Assembly (NCBI GenBank): GCA_964019425.1
Contig: OZ025784.1
Location: 1,550,001 to 1,614,000, forward strand
Reading direction: 5' to 3'
DNA from: Flectonema sp. DT1601
Lineage: Eukaryota
Length of the DNA: 64,000 nt
Below, in pieces: positions 26,801-38,390 of the stretch (positions within the stretch are counted from its first letter, which is position 1; each line of letters opens with the position of its first letter). The notes beneath the pieces were generated by a model. That model made no database searches. It was not told the DNA's origin and saw only the letters and a list, made by a program, of their open reading frames with translations. Position numbers and translations under genes: made by a program.

Positions 26801-29358
26801 ACAGATGGAAGGCTTGGTGTGAATTAGAGCACCCTGAAGATAAAGAAGAAGGTCGCATGCCGACTGATTGGAAGGTTTGTTTTCCCTTTTATTATAATTC
26901 ACTAAAATACCTTTTCTATCCAATAATAATAACATCACAGAATCTGACTGACTTCCAAAGGCTGTTGGTACTCAGAGCTCTTCGTCCCGACAGACTGACT
27001 GTCGGACTTACAGATTTCGTCGCCGGATCGATTGGTGAGTTCTACGTCGAAGACAAGGCAGTCTCTCTCTCAGTGTCTTTTGAAGACTCTGGTCCTTCAA
27101 CACCTGTATTCTTTATATTATCAGCTGGTGTTGATCCTGTTGCATTCGTGGTCCATCTCGGGAAGGGAATGGGATTCACAGAAGAACAGGAAAAGGTTTG
27201 CCTTATTTATCTTTTTTTATTATTAGCTATGAATTACATCAACAGTTTCGTGTGACCACAATAAATATCAAAACAGTTCTTCAACGTTTCCCTTGGTCAA
27301 GGACAAGAACCGCGTGCCTTTAATGCTCTAGAGACATCATTCAAATCAGGAGGCTGGGCTATGTTAAATAATATCCATTTAGTATCGCAGTTCTGTAGGG
27401 AGTTAGAAAAGAGACTCGATCATTACGAAACGATTTACACTAAGATGGACACTTTTGAGAGAAAGAAGAGAGAAAGACGTCTCGCGAGGAAGAAGGCAAA
27501 CACAGAAGAACAAGCCGCTACGAAAGAACCTGTTGTCGAAGAAGAAGCTGATGTCCCTGAAGAAGAAGGCAGTGAAGGTGGTAAAGACGTTCCAACAGGT
27601 GAAGAAGAAGAAGAAGTCGACGGAGAGGCAACAGAAGAAAAGAAGGAAATCGAAGAAGAATCTGAATCTGAATCGGAAGACGAAGACGATCCAGAATTGA
27701 AATGGGAAGGCGAGAAAGGATCTCGTGATTTCAGAGTGTTCCTATCAGCTGAACCATCTATGACAATCCCAATTGGTGTACTCCAACGTTCTATTAAACT
27801 AACAAACGAACCGCCTTCAGGTATCAAAGCAAACATGGTTCGTGCTCTTGCTAACTTCGTATCCGAACCTTGGGAGAATTCTCAAAAACCAACTGAGTAC
27901 AAGGCTGTCGTATTCGCTATGTGTTACTTTCATGCCGTCGTAGTTGAGAGAAAGAAGTTTGGACCTCAAGGATGGAACAGAGCCTATCCATTTAATGCTG
28001 GTGATCTCACAACTTGTATTGAAGTCTTTTATAACTATGAAGATCGTCAAAAGATTCCTTGGGATGATTTAAGATACGTATTTGGTGAGATTATGTACGG
28101 AGGTCACATCACAGATGATTGGGATAGAGTCCTGTGTATGGCTTACTTACAAAATCTCGTTCATGCTGGCATTACAGATGAATTGGAATTAGCTCCGGGT
28201 TTCGTTCTTCCAGGATTCAACAATCACCAAGAAGCGAAGGAACTTATTGAGCATATAACACCGGTTGAATCTCCTTTGTTGTATGGTTTGCACGCTAATG
28301 CTGAAATTGGTTTTCGTACGCTTCAGGTATGTTTTTATGGTGTTGTTCAAGGAATGGATCTTTTTTTGTGTTTTTATAGAGGAATAATGAAATCTAAAAC
28401 AGGCAAACATGCTCTTTTCTACCATCAATGAACTTCAACCAAAACAACAAGGAGGAGCTGGAGCTGATCCAGCTGACGACGTTCGAGTGAAGTTAGAAGA
28501 GATTATGGGACAGCTTCCTGATCTCCACAATCTTGTTGACATTTCTGAGAGACTAGATGAAGATCGATCCCCTCAGGCGCACGTTTTTTATCAGGAATGT
28601 GAGAGAACAAACATCCTTCGTACTACGTTATATTCCACCTTAGCAGAGCTTGACTTAGGTCTGAAGGGAGCCCTTTCAATGTCTAGTGCAATGCAGGAAT
28701 TATTTGATTCGATGGTAATGGATAAGATTCCAGATAATTGGGTAAAGGTTTCATTTATGTCTTTAAGGCCTATGGGATCTTGGTTTTTTAACTTCCTTGA
28801 GAGGAATTCTCAGCTTGCAGAATGGACAGGAGAACTAGCCACTCCCAAGGTATGCAATCATCCTACATCATAAGGGGGAAAAAATAATAAACAAACTTAT
28901 AAAAAACAAACAAACAGGTGACGATGCTTTGCCACTTCTTCAATCCGATGTCATTTCTTACAGCTATTATGCAAGACACTGCCATAAAGAATGCTTTTGA
29001 TTTAGATCAAATGGCACTAGTAAGTGATGTATTAAAGAAGATGCCTGATGCTATTGAATACCCAGCAAAGGATGGTTGTCACGTATTCGGAATTTGTATG
29101 GAAGGCGCCAGATGGGACCTCGGCCAAGGATCTATTGAAGAATCTCACATGAAGGAATTATACCCTCGGATGCCTGTGGTTACTGTTAGATCGTTGCCTT
29201 CGACGAAAGTCGACAGAAAAGATCAGTATGAATGCCCTCTGTATAAGACGCAAGCAAGAGGACCAGGTATTGTCACTGGACTGTATTTCAAGACTAAAGC
29301 ACCGTGTAGGAAATGGACAATAGCTGGGGTTGGTGCTCTCCTAGATGTTGTTGACTAG
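14806..29358 (+). CDS. Axonemal outer-arm dynein heavy chain (beta / DNAH9-11-17-like), 9 exons, 4653 aa
   Basis: Exons are 14806-19101, 19181-24478, 24552-24813, 24891-25643, 25715-26874, 26941-27195, 27277-28326, 28403-28849 and 28918-29358. Eight GT-AG introns (66-81 nt) restore one frame of 13962 nt. P-loops are GPAGTGKTETTKDL, GPAGCGKS, GTAGTGKS and GVGGSGKQS. Stalk, WPLLIDPQ, SLGQGQE and the C-terminal YECPLYKT are present. Confidence 0.97.
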
Positions 29359-30475
29359 AAGTTATCTTCATCCCCTCCCTCACGTCTCGGTTTGTTAAAT
29401 AGCCACTTATTTTCCCGTTCCCTCCCAGGCAGTGAATTCCTGCAACCTAGAGTGTGATTTTTTATTATTATTTTTTTTTTTTTGAAAATCTTTTTGTTTT
29501 TGTCTGATCGACCTTGTTGTTCTCCCTCTGTTTCTTATCATCGTTAGCAAAAATAATAATTGTAAAAAAAAAAAAAATTGTGGTGGCTTGGAAGTTATTT
29601 ACACACACAACAATGAAACAAAGCTTTGCAAAAAGAAGAAGAAGAGTTGTAGTTGGTTAGGCGATGTAGTGTTACATACTTTTTTCTTTTTTTTTTCATT
29701 TTTTAAGTAATTCCTCGGGCACGTTGGTGACTCGGGAAATGTAAACAACTTTTTGCATCATTTTCTTCAACATTAAATCCGACTTTTAAGAGGGGAAAAA
29801 AAAAAAAAAAACACATGTTTGACACGGGCTAATTTATTGAAAGTGAGTCAAGCTTTCCTCTCTCTCTCTCTTTTTTTTGTTTTCTATCTTTTAATTATTG
29901 ACGTGAGGGATGCAGTTTCTACTGCTCCCCTCTCTTTAATAATGATTTACCTAAAAAAGTGACATTTATAGTCCATTAAATGAATCGCGGAAAGTTTCCC
30001 GCGCCAGGATTTAAATTCGATCCTGCTAAAATTAGTTTTTGAGACTGACGAGGTCTCAGTTGTTATTTCCTCTCTATTATGAGTATCTTAGGTCACCTGG
30101 CTGGGTGGCATTCTAATAAAAAAAAAAGTTCGAGAAGAAAGAATTAAGAAAAAAAATTTAAAAAAAATTATTTGTAGTCGTTAACCTTTTTTTCCCTTTC
30201 CTGTCTTACACTCACTATTCTCCCCAACATTTCCCAATTTTTTTTTTTATTACATATTTTTTTTTCTTTTCTAAAGTATCATAATTTACTTTACACCTGT
30301 TCTTATAGCGTACTTGTTTCTTATTGTGAGTGATTATCATAGCATGTAGTTAATCATCATTTTACTTTCAGGGGTTTGACAAAACGATTGAAAGGCAGAT
30401 AAAAGACGTGTTTGGAACTTTAAAACAAAAAAAAAAAAAAAAAAAAACTATTTTCCATTTCATCAGGAGTCAATC

Positions 30476-31366
30476 ATGGCGGCCCTCCCCGCCTATGACT
30501 TTGCGGCATCTACAGAGATGAATTGGGCATTGAAAACCGGATCAATAGTGGCAGGTGTACAGCAGCATAAAGCACGTGTACAAGTAGATGCAGCATATCA
30601 TAAGAAATATCGGCCTGAACGTGTAAGGCTACAGGATAATATTGTAAAGAGGACATTAGAAAGTGCGAGTAATACAAACAGTAAGCAGGGAGGTCAGAGA
30701 TGGTTGGTCTTTACTGCTGGATCGATGGGTGTTGGGAAGGGGTACAGTATGGAAAAGTTAGGGAATAGCATCCTGCGACTAGGAAATCCTATTGTAGCTG
30801 ACCCAGATACACTTCGAACACAACTCCCTGAGTTTCTTGAATATCAAACTAGAAACCCTCTCACAGCTGGTCTACTAACACACAAAGAAGCCGGATTACT
30901 ATCAGAACTTGTATTGGAAGAAGGTCTGAGAACTGGTAAATCTGTTGTACAAGACGGATCTCTTAAAGACCCAACGTATGCAAAGAAACTAATTGAAAGA
31001 GTACGCAAAGAACATCCTGATATTAAGATAGCTGTTGTTCATGTGACTGCTACAAAGACTCAGACTTTAGCAAGAGCATTGTCAAGAAGTCGTCAAATAC
31101 CACTTGATTTGATCACTGAATCAATCGAAAGGGTTCCGAGAAGTGTTCAGACACTTGCACCACTTGTTGATACAGTTCTTAATGTTGATAATACTGGTGT
31201 TGTTCCAAAGCTAGCAGATCCTCTACCTGAACTAATCTCACAGTTTCGCGCCTCAGCACCATCATCATTCAGTCAGTTTGATAGTTCTCTGCGTTCGTCT
31301 GCTTTTCTTCATCCCTTCGTCATTCCACTAGTTTTACAGAGTGAGAAGAGGTCAGAAGAGGACTGA
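30476..31366 (+). CDS. Zeta-toxin-family P-loop kinase
   Basis: Walker A-like VFTAGSMGVGKG, VADPDTLRTQLPEF, HKEAG and SVVQDGSL match the zeta-toxin/PezT-like kinase pattern. Intronless. Confidence 0.75.
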   Translation: MAALPAYDFAASTEMNWALKTGSIVAGVQQHKARVQVDAAYHKKYRPERVRLQDNIVKRTLESASNTNSKQGGQRWLVFTAGSMGVGKGYSMEKLGNSILRLGNPIVADPDTLRTQLPEFLEYQTRNPLTAGLLTHKEAGLLSELVLEEGLRTGKSVVQDGSLKDPTYAKKLIERVRKEHPDIKIAVVHVTATKTQTLARALSRSRQIPLDLITESIERVPRSVQTLAPLVDTVLNVDNTGVVPKLADPLPELISQFRASAPSSFSQFDSSLRSSAFLHPFVIPLVLQSEKRSEED

Positions 31367-31723
31367 GCAATCATTCGTTTAAAATCCGAGTACAGATTTT
31401 ACTATCTAATAGTTTTCATTTATATTATATGCGTGTTTACCTTGTAGCTCTATCCTATTTTCTGTAGTAGATTATTATTTATGTGATTTGAGATCTCTTT
31501 AAAAAAAAAAACTAACCGAAAAGGGAACTCCAAAAAGTTTGTTTTTCGAGACAGCTATGCTGTCGAATTCTTCCTCTTATTTCAAAAATCTTTTTAAAAC
31601 CGAATTATTATTCATCGTTTTTTTTTTTTCTTTTATTAATCTTTTGAATCAATTTATCGATAATCAGAAAGTAGTTCTGCCGTCGTGAGTTTGGCGGACC
31701 CTTTTTTTTTTTTTTTTTTTTAG

Positions 31724-31757
<34 letters not shown>

Positions 31758-32402
31758 ACATCTTCTTTGCAGACGAATTCTTCGCTGGCAAACTAGAACG
31801 GAGTTCATAATTAACATCAGGCAGACTACATTACTTTTTTTTTTTTTTTATTCCCCTTGAAAAAAAACTGAAGTAAAATGATTATCAGTGGTTGAATTTT
31901 TAGTTAACAAATGTAAATGAAGATACCGTTTCCTTAGTTTTTTTTTTACATATATTTTTTTTTTTTTGTTATGAAGGTATCTATTTTACACACAGACAAA
32001 TCTGAAGTATGGTCTGCTTGCAGTCTTTTCATTTCTATTCTTTTGTTGGGTTATTACTGATAGTTTATTTTTTTTTTAATTTTTTTTTTTTTTTTTTTTG
32101 CAATCGTTTCCGTACGTGTTCACGATGGAAACGCGACGGTTGTAAAGCTCTTTAGTTTTATTTCCCTTTCCCTTTCCCTTTCTTTTTTTTTTTTTTTTTT
32201 TTTTTTGCTTCTTTTTTCTTGGAATGTACTCCCCTGCGCTATTGTAGCCGTGTAAAATCCAGAGTAGTGTTCCCCAACCTTGTTGTTGTTGCTGTGGCGC
32301 ATATTGGGAGAGTATTCCATTTTTATTTTTTTATTTATTTTTTATTATTATATCGATACTCGTTTATGTTACAACTCTTACTTAGTGACGTATTTTTTCT
32401 CT

Positions 32403-32439
<37 letters not shown>

Positions 32440-33554
32440 TTCAGGTCTATTCGATTTAATTGAAAGGTTTATTAATACAGATTATTAATTAAAAAAAAAA
32501 AGTATTCTCGTGTGCTGTGAATACAATCACTCACAAGGTAGGAAGCCTTGGTGATTTCGTTTTGTGTGAAGTGGCTACTTCGTGAGGCAAGAAGCCTTCG
32601 TTAATGTGTCTGCTTGTGAGGCAATAAGCCTTTGAGTTTGTTCACATTAAAAATGTAGCTATGTAGTGGTTTTATGTTTTTGTTCTGAAAAAAAAAAAAA
32701 TAGAAAGCGTGACTGTACAAAAGATAGTATGCATAACATATAGCAATAATTATATTGTCGCACCATTTTTAAGAAGTACTATTTGTTGCTGTTTGACTCT
32801 CGCGTTATTATTAAAAAAAAACAAAAAAATGTTGTCCACTTTTGAGTTACCTTTTTTTTTTTCTTCTTCTTTTTTTGTGAGGAATCTCTTAAACTATCCT
32901 TTTTGTCCTCTATTTTCCCCCCCCTTTCGTATTTTTAACGGCCGCGCACAAAATTTATTATACTGGAGCGCTGTTCATTCAGTTTTTGTTCTGTTTCTTG
33001 TTAAGGCGTACCCCGATATTTCGACAAAAGTGACTTCGGCGTGGACGCTGTACATATGTCTTTTTTCCTATATCTGTTTTCTTTTTTTCTTTCATTTCTT
33101 TTTTTTAAAAAAAAAAGAGAGACAGGATCTGCGGCCCTGCCCACGAATCCGTCGCCCGAGTATGTTGTATTAATTGTTACTTATGATTCCTGAAGAATTG
33201 TATGTTTATTTTGAAAGGAAGAGAAAAGAAAGGAAAAGAAAAAAAAAAAAAAAAGAAAGAAGAGAAATTACTACACACTCATGTTAGTTGTTTTCCTGAC
33301 ATCTGAAACGGTAACACCCATGTGAAAGATACAAAAAAAAAAAAAAAAAAAAAGCTTGTTTCTGAAAACAGTGAACACCTATTTTCCGAACGAAAAAAAA
33401 AAAAAAGAACAAAAAATAAAAACACACACACACGTGAGTATTTAGGAAGCAGTTTCGTATGAAATCTTCTTTTTGATAAAGAAGGGGAAAAAAAAAAAAA
33501 TCCCCCCCCAGTTTTTTTTTTCTGTATTTGAATTAACCAACAGTAATCTCTTTA

Positions 33555-33920
33555 CTCACATTAGTGGTATCGCTATGACAAGAATGACTTTGTTGAGTTC
33601 AGATTGTTCTTTTTTATAGAGATCTGTAACCTAATAAAGTTGAAGTGGTCTGAGTGTAATAATAATGACATACTAATAATCATCACAGGAAACATTAACT
33701 AGCTGAGCAACGCATTGATTAGGGAGAAGAGTTTCATTGAGCTCCTTTGAAACGTGTCATTCCTTCTTCTCTAGTTTGCGAATACTGCTATCTAGTTTAT
33801 TGTATTCATGTTGGTGGTACTGGCAATCTGTTTGCTCTATTCTAACTGCCTTTTTAGAGTAGACATTTTGTTGGATGACGGCATTGAGCAAAGAGATCTG
33901 TTGTGGGGTTGGTGGGGTTA
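33555..33920 (-). pseudogene. Possible relic exons of a coiled-coil gene on the minus strand
   Basis: The A/C-rich acceptor ccaaccccacaacAG is followed by ISLLNAVIQQNVYSKKAVRIEQTDCQYHQHEYNKLDSSIRKLEKKE*HVSKELNE. A second acceptor is followed by LYKKEQSELNKVI and a GTGAGT donor. Confidence 0.3.
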
Positions 33921-34982
33921 CGTAATTAAACAGAAAATAAAACTAACGTGAGCATGCTCACTCATTATGAAACAGTTTAGCACTGTTCGTCCTCTCTCTT
34001 TACAATTTTATTAGTTCGTAAACACCGTGACAAAGCAACTTGACTACTATGCTGTACTCCTGCAGGTTTAGTGTTCTTCTCGCTTTGTTTTTTGTTTTTT
34101 TCTGGTTTGTATTTCATCTTTTTATCTGTCTTCACGCACATAAAAAAAACGCAGGGAGGGTAGTAGTCAGCAAGATATTTTTAATTACTACCCCAGACAG
34201 AGTGCGGTAAGGTTAGTTTTCTTTGTCTTTTAGGCTTATATTATGACGTCGGTTAATACTGAATTTCTTTTTTTTTTTTCTTCTCTTTTTTTTTTCCTAT
34301 AAAAAGCGACTCCCTCAATGTTGGGAGAATCTAATAATTGCGTTTTCTTCTTTAATAAGCGGTCCATCGATTTTTTTTCTTTTTTCTTTCTCTTTTTTTT
34401 TTGTTGTAAGCTGATAAACTCACGGCTGGCTACTACGCTTGTCGTTGGTGCAGCTTTTCTTTTTAAATCCTTTTGTGTAATTGTTATCTTGGTGTGAAGA
34501 GTTTTCACAAAAGCCAAGACTGATGTCACGCAGTTTTTTCTTTTTTTTTTTGATTAGTCATCCAGCATCCTGCATGACTCAAAATTATAATCACTTTTTT
34601 ATACTTCCTCTCTCTTTAACAACTGTCCGTTTATATTGAGTTTTAACCGCCCAGCGACTGACTACCCACGCTGTTGGTGAAACTATTAAATAAACGTGAC
34701 TGTAGTGAAGTTAGTATGCATTCTCTCCTCGTATCCTCCCCTGTACTTTTTTTTTTTCTTTTTTAATTGACTTTTCTGACTTCAATAAAATAATTAAAGA
34801 ACATAAACAAGTTAGTAGTCACGCCCACATTGATTCACACAGTTTGGTGTAGTTGTGTAGAGCAAGGGTAGGCAAAACCGAAGTTTACTTGTTTCGGTTA
34901 TGTTTTTTTTTTTCTTTTTTCCTCTCATAATGATCTATCTAACTAAAGTCTCGTGTTGTTATCATTTTTATTATTTTTTTTT

Positions 34983-35125
34983 GCTGAAGAGGGCTAGGGT
35001 AAGGGGTAATGGTCCGAAGAAAGATTGTTAAATCTTAGCCCGAAACCAACATTATTTGTTTGTTGTCCTACGAATTTTTGCATTCGATTTCCCACCCTCT
35101 CCCCTTCTTTTGACTGATAACCATT
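34983..35125. repeat. Dispersed repeat copy A (partner at 56740-56840)
   Basis: The blocks gctgaagag-gct-gggtaagggg-aatggtccgaagaaag and tttgttgtcctacg-attttt-gcatt are shared between the two loci. Confidence 0.75.
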
Positions 35126-36352
35126 AATACTAACTAAAGTCTCGGGTTATTATCATTATTATTATTTTTTCTTTTTTGACGGTTTTTTTTTTTTTAACCC
35201 GGTGATTTTTCCGATTGCAGGAAACTATTTCCATTTTATATAAATTTTTTCCTCTTTTACATTTTTCTTGGTTCTTTTTTTTCTATCTTCACTTTTTCAA
35301 TCTCTCTTCAATTTCTTTTTGTTTTGTTAGTAAAAAAAATACTCACGTCTTTCCATTTTTTGTTTTGTTGTAATCCACCGTTGGTTCACAAAATTAGGTG
35401 AATTACGTGCTTTTTAAAACAGCTGATTTTTGTTTTGTAGAGCGGCATTTTTTAAAAAAAAAAAAAGAACCATTCAAAGCAATTCTTATATCTTGTTGAT
35501 CATAGCAAAAAAAAAAAAAAACAACAACAAACAAAACAGAAAAAAAAAAAAAGCGTTCACGCAAAAGATCCGATTTTGGCATCTCTATTGGAGCTTTCGA
35601 ATCTGACATGTGAACCTGCTTATAAATAATAATAGAATAAAAAAAAAAAAAAAGAAAAAAAAAAGAAAATCCTCAGATGATGCGCTTTGCTATAAAAAGA
35701 TGACTACTTGACGCTGGTTCCTCCTTCTTGTTAGAGGTCATCGCAAGGTGAAGCCGCTTATATAAATAATGACTATAATTGTAGTGAATACAATTGTATA
35801 ATCAAAGAAAACCTTCCGACTAGTATTTTAGTGATAACGATAAAGTTAAGGCAATCTTGCCTTAGCTTACCAGTCATCAATCAGTGGTGTGCTGTCTATC
35901 TTGATAATGTGCGTCAGATCTATTAAAGACGCCTCTTTGTTTGTTAGTGTGTCCCTCCCTCGTTAATAATTACGTTAGTGCTATTTTAATATTTTAATCA
36001 TCATCGAAAGTAATTTTATTTTAATATTTTATTTGTTCAGGATGTAGTAGTGGAAAAATATGTACCCAATTACCACAAAAAAAGGAGCGGCATCGGAGAT
36101 GAAGCAGTCACACATCTTTAAACTAGACACGCGAAGCACATTCCTGCCATTGTTGGGCTATTTCTACCCTGACATTATCATCATCTTTTTCAGCAAGATA
36201 GAAATGTGGGTTGGGAATTGCCTGTTTTATTGCTCTCAGTTTCTTGGGCAGCTGGACATGCGATTACTGGTATTCTCCATAAGTTTAATCTTTATTATTA
36301 TTATTAATAATTGACTGTATACTATCTTACAACACATACAGAGATTAATAAG

Positions 36353-37777
36353 ATGTCAGGTAGCCGCGCAGTTCGGTTCCTGAAGAATGCCGCACCGCAA
36401 TTAGTGGGATTCGGAGTCGGATTAGGAGCGAAGTTATACGTGGATAAGTACGAAATGGATCCTCCTGAGATTGTTGCAAACAATAGTGCTTTAATGTATG
36501 TACACGATGGGTTGATTGATGTCAGACATCTGTTTCATCAATGGGGGCAGTCATGGGCTGGGAAAGGAACAGCTATTGATATTTCAGAAACATTAGCAGC
36601 AGCGAAAACTGCGTTCGAATCGGATCAGAAATCTGAATGCGCGGATTACCTAAAAGACATTCTCGTGTCAGGTATTGGTGTGAGTGGATCGATAGCAGGA
36701 CAGTGTGTTGACTACATGGATTGGTTAGCTGATGTAGTCCCATCTCTTCATAAGACAGGACACATTACAGATATTGAATTATTGGTAATTTTAACAAATA
36801 CAGTTCTTCAACACCCGATAACAAAACATAACATCATTACTGAATATCAAGAACTCGTCGTCGACCTTCCAATAAAAATCTTACACTCTGAAAACAGCAA
36901 TTCACCTGCTGCGATAATATTCGCTCTCACAGTTCTGACTGTGGCTGCTACTAATGAAATTACTTTGTTGGATCAAAAACGGTTAGAGAGGAAACAACTT
37001 CCTTGGTATTCAAGAATGTTTTCATCAAATCCAACGAGTCCAATAGCAGACTTAATAATAAAAGATCCCATCACACTACAGCAGATAATGGCTTGTTTAG
37101 CTTCAGGGGTCACTGTGCCGGTTTACCTTTTGAGTTGTATTTCTCACAATAATAAAGGAAACTTGAAAGAACTTATATCACATGGGTTCATTGAGGCTTC
37201 TTCTGCATATCTGGCGGGAGCATCGTCGATAGGAGAAGAAAATAAAGAGCTTGATCAATACAGCATCGATATTGTTCAAATTCTTGAAAAAACCCTTTCA
37301 GAAAATCCGAATGCTATCAATCGTGTTCCTTACCAATTTCGTGAAAAAGTTGCCGACACCGTGTTTCGAACTGCAGCTGAATTCGATGGATATGCTGATC
37401 AACTTCGATGTTGCATTAATGTTTTATTACAAATGGTTGACTCAAATCTAATCACAGCAGAATGGTTAGCTAAAAAGGGTGTGGTTCCGTTAGTCACTCA
37501 AACACTGTCATGGCATGGCCGAGACAAGTCTTTCGTTGTCTTACTATCTGAGTTTGCGTTTAGAATTCTGAATGATGATGCCGCGAGATCACATGTATCT
37601 GAATCCACTTTAGTTGACTTACAGCAAGCTATTGTTTTTATAAATAACATGCCTGAGAGCTCTGAAGCCTCACCGGAGTACCTTCTTGAAGGAGACGGTG
37701 AGACTGATGATTTAATTGCTGCTGCTGCTGAATTAAAGGACGAGAATATTAAAATAGCCGAAGAGTTGCCGAAGTAA
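36353..37777 (+). CDS. Hypothetical alpha-helical protein; basic N-terminus plus hydrophobic segment (possible mitochondrial membrane protein)
   Basis: Long coding-like ORF. The ATG at 36353 gives MSGSRAVRFLKNAAPQLVGFGVGLGAKLY. No family recognised. Confidence 0.75.
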   Translation: MSGSRAVRFLKNAAPQLVGFGVGLGAKLYVDKYEMDPPEIVANNSALMYVHDGLIDVRHLFHQWGQSWAGKGTAIDISETLAAAKTAFESDQKSECADYLKDILVSGIGVSGSIAGQCVDYMDWLADVVPSLHKTGHITDIELLVILTNTVLQHPITKHNIITEYQELVVDLPIKILHSENSNSPAAIIFALTVLTVAATNEITLLDQKRLERKQLPWYSRMFSSNPTSPIADLIIKDPITLQQIMACLASGVTVPVYLLSCISHNNKGNLKELISHGFIEASSAYLAGASSIGEENKELDQYSIDIVQILEKTLSENPNAINRVPYQFREKVADTVFRTAAEFDGYADQLRCCINVLLQMVDSNLITAEWLAKKGVVPLVTQTLSWHGRDKSFVVLLSEFAFRILNDDAARSHVSESTLVDLQQAIVFINNMPESSEASPEYLLEGDGETDDLIAAAAELKDENIKIAEELPK

Positions 37778-37929
37778 TATCAACATAATGGCAGCCATAT
37801 GATTCTCGATAAGTTTTCTTTTTAAAATATAATCTATCCCACCTACTTAATGCATTTTTCTTTCTCTTTTGCAAGAAAAACTCTCTTACTCGTCTGCGAT
37901 CAACAAAAATATAAAGGCTGTATCTGAAT

Positions 37930-37981
<52 letters not shown>

Positions 37982-38390
37982 TTACTGATGTAAATGTGAT
38001 AATAAAAAAAGGAGGGAAGAGCGGTGACAAAAAAAAAAAAAAAAAATTCTTATTTAATCCTTGGAGCTAGTGACTAACCTAAACAAGTTTTTTTCCATTG
38101 AACAACAGCTGCTGGTGGTTCTCATCAAACTTTTTTGCATAGCATTCTGAGGAATGATTCTCGGAGCCTATTCAACTAACTTACCAAAAAATTCTTTTTA
38201 AAAAAAAAAAAAAAAAAAAAACAACCTAACAAAACTGATTTAAAAAAAGAAAATTATTTTAAAAAAAAAAAAAAACAATTCTTTTTGGTTTCTTAATTTC
38301 TTATAAGTGTTCTTTGACTAGTGTGTTTTTTTCTTGGTTGTTTTCGTGATTAGTTTTGTTTTAACAGACTGACAACACCTCTCTCTGAGT

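Noticed and set aside
19102..28917. Fragmented dynein ORFs suggesting frameshifting, stop-codon reassignment or a pseudogene
   Set aside because: Eight canonical GT-AG introns restore a single frame. TAA, TAG and TGA all serve as real stops elsewhere in the window.
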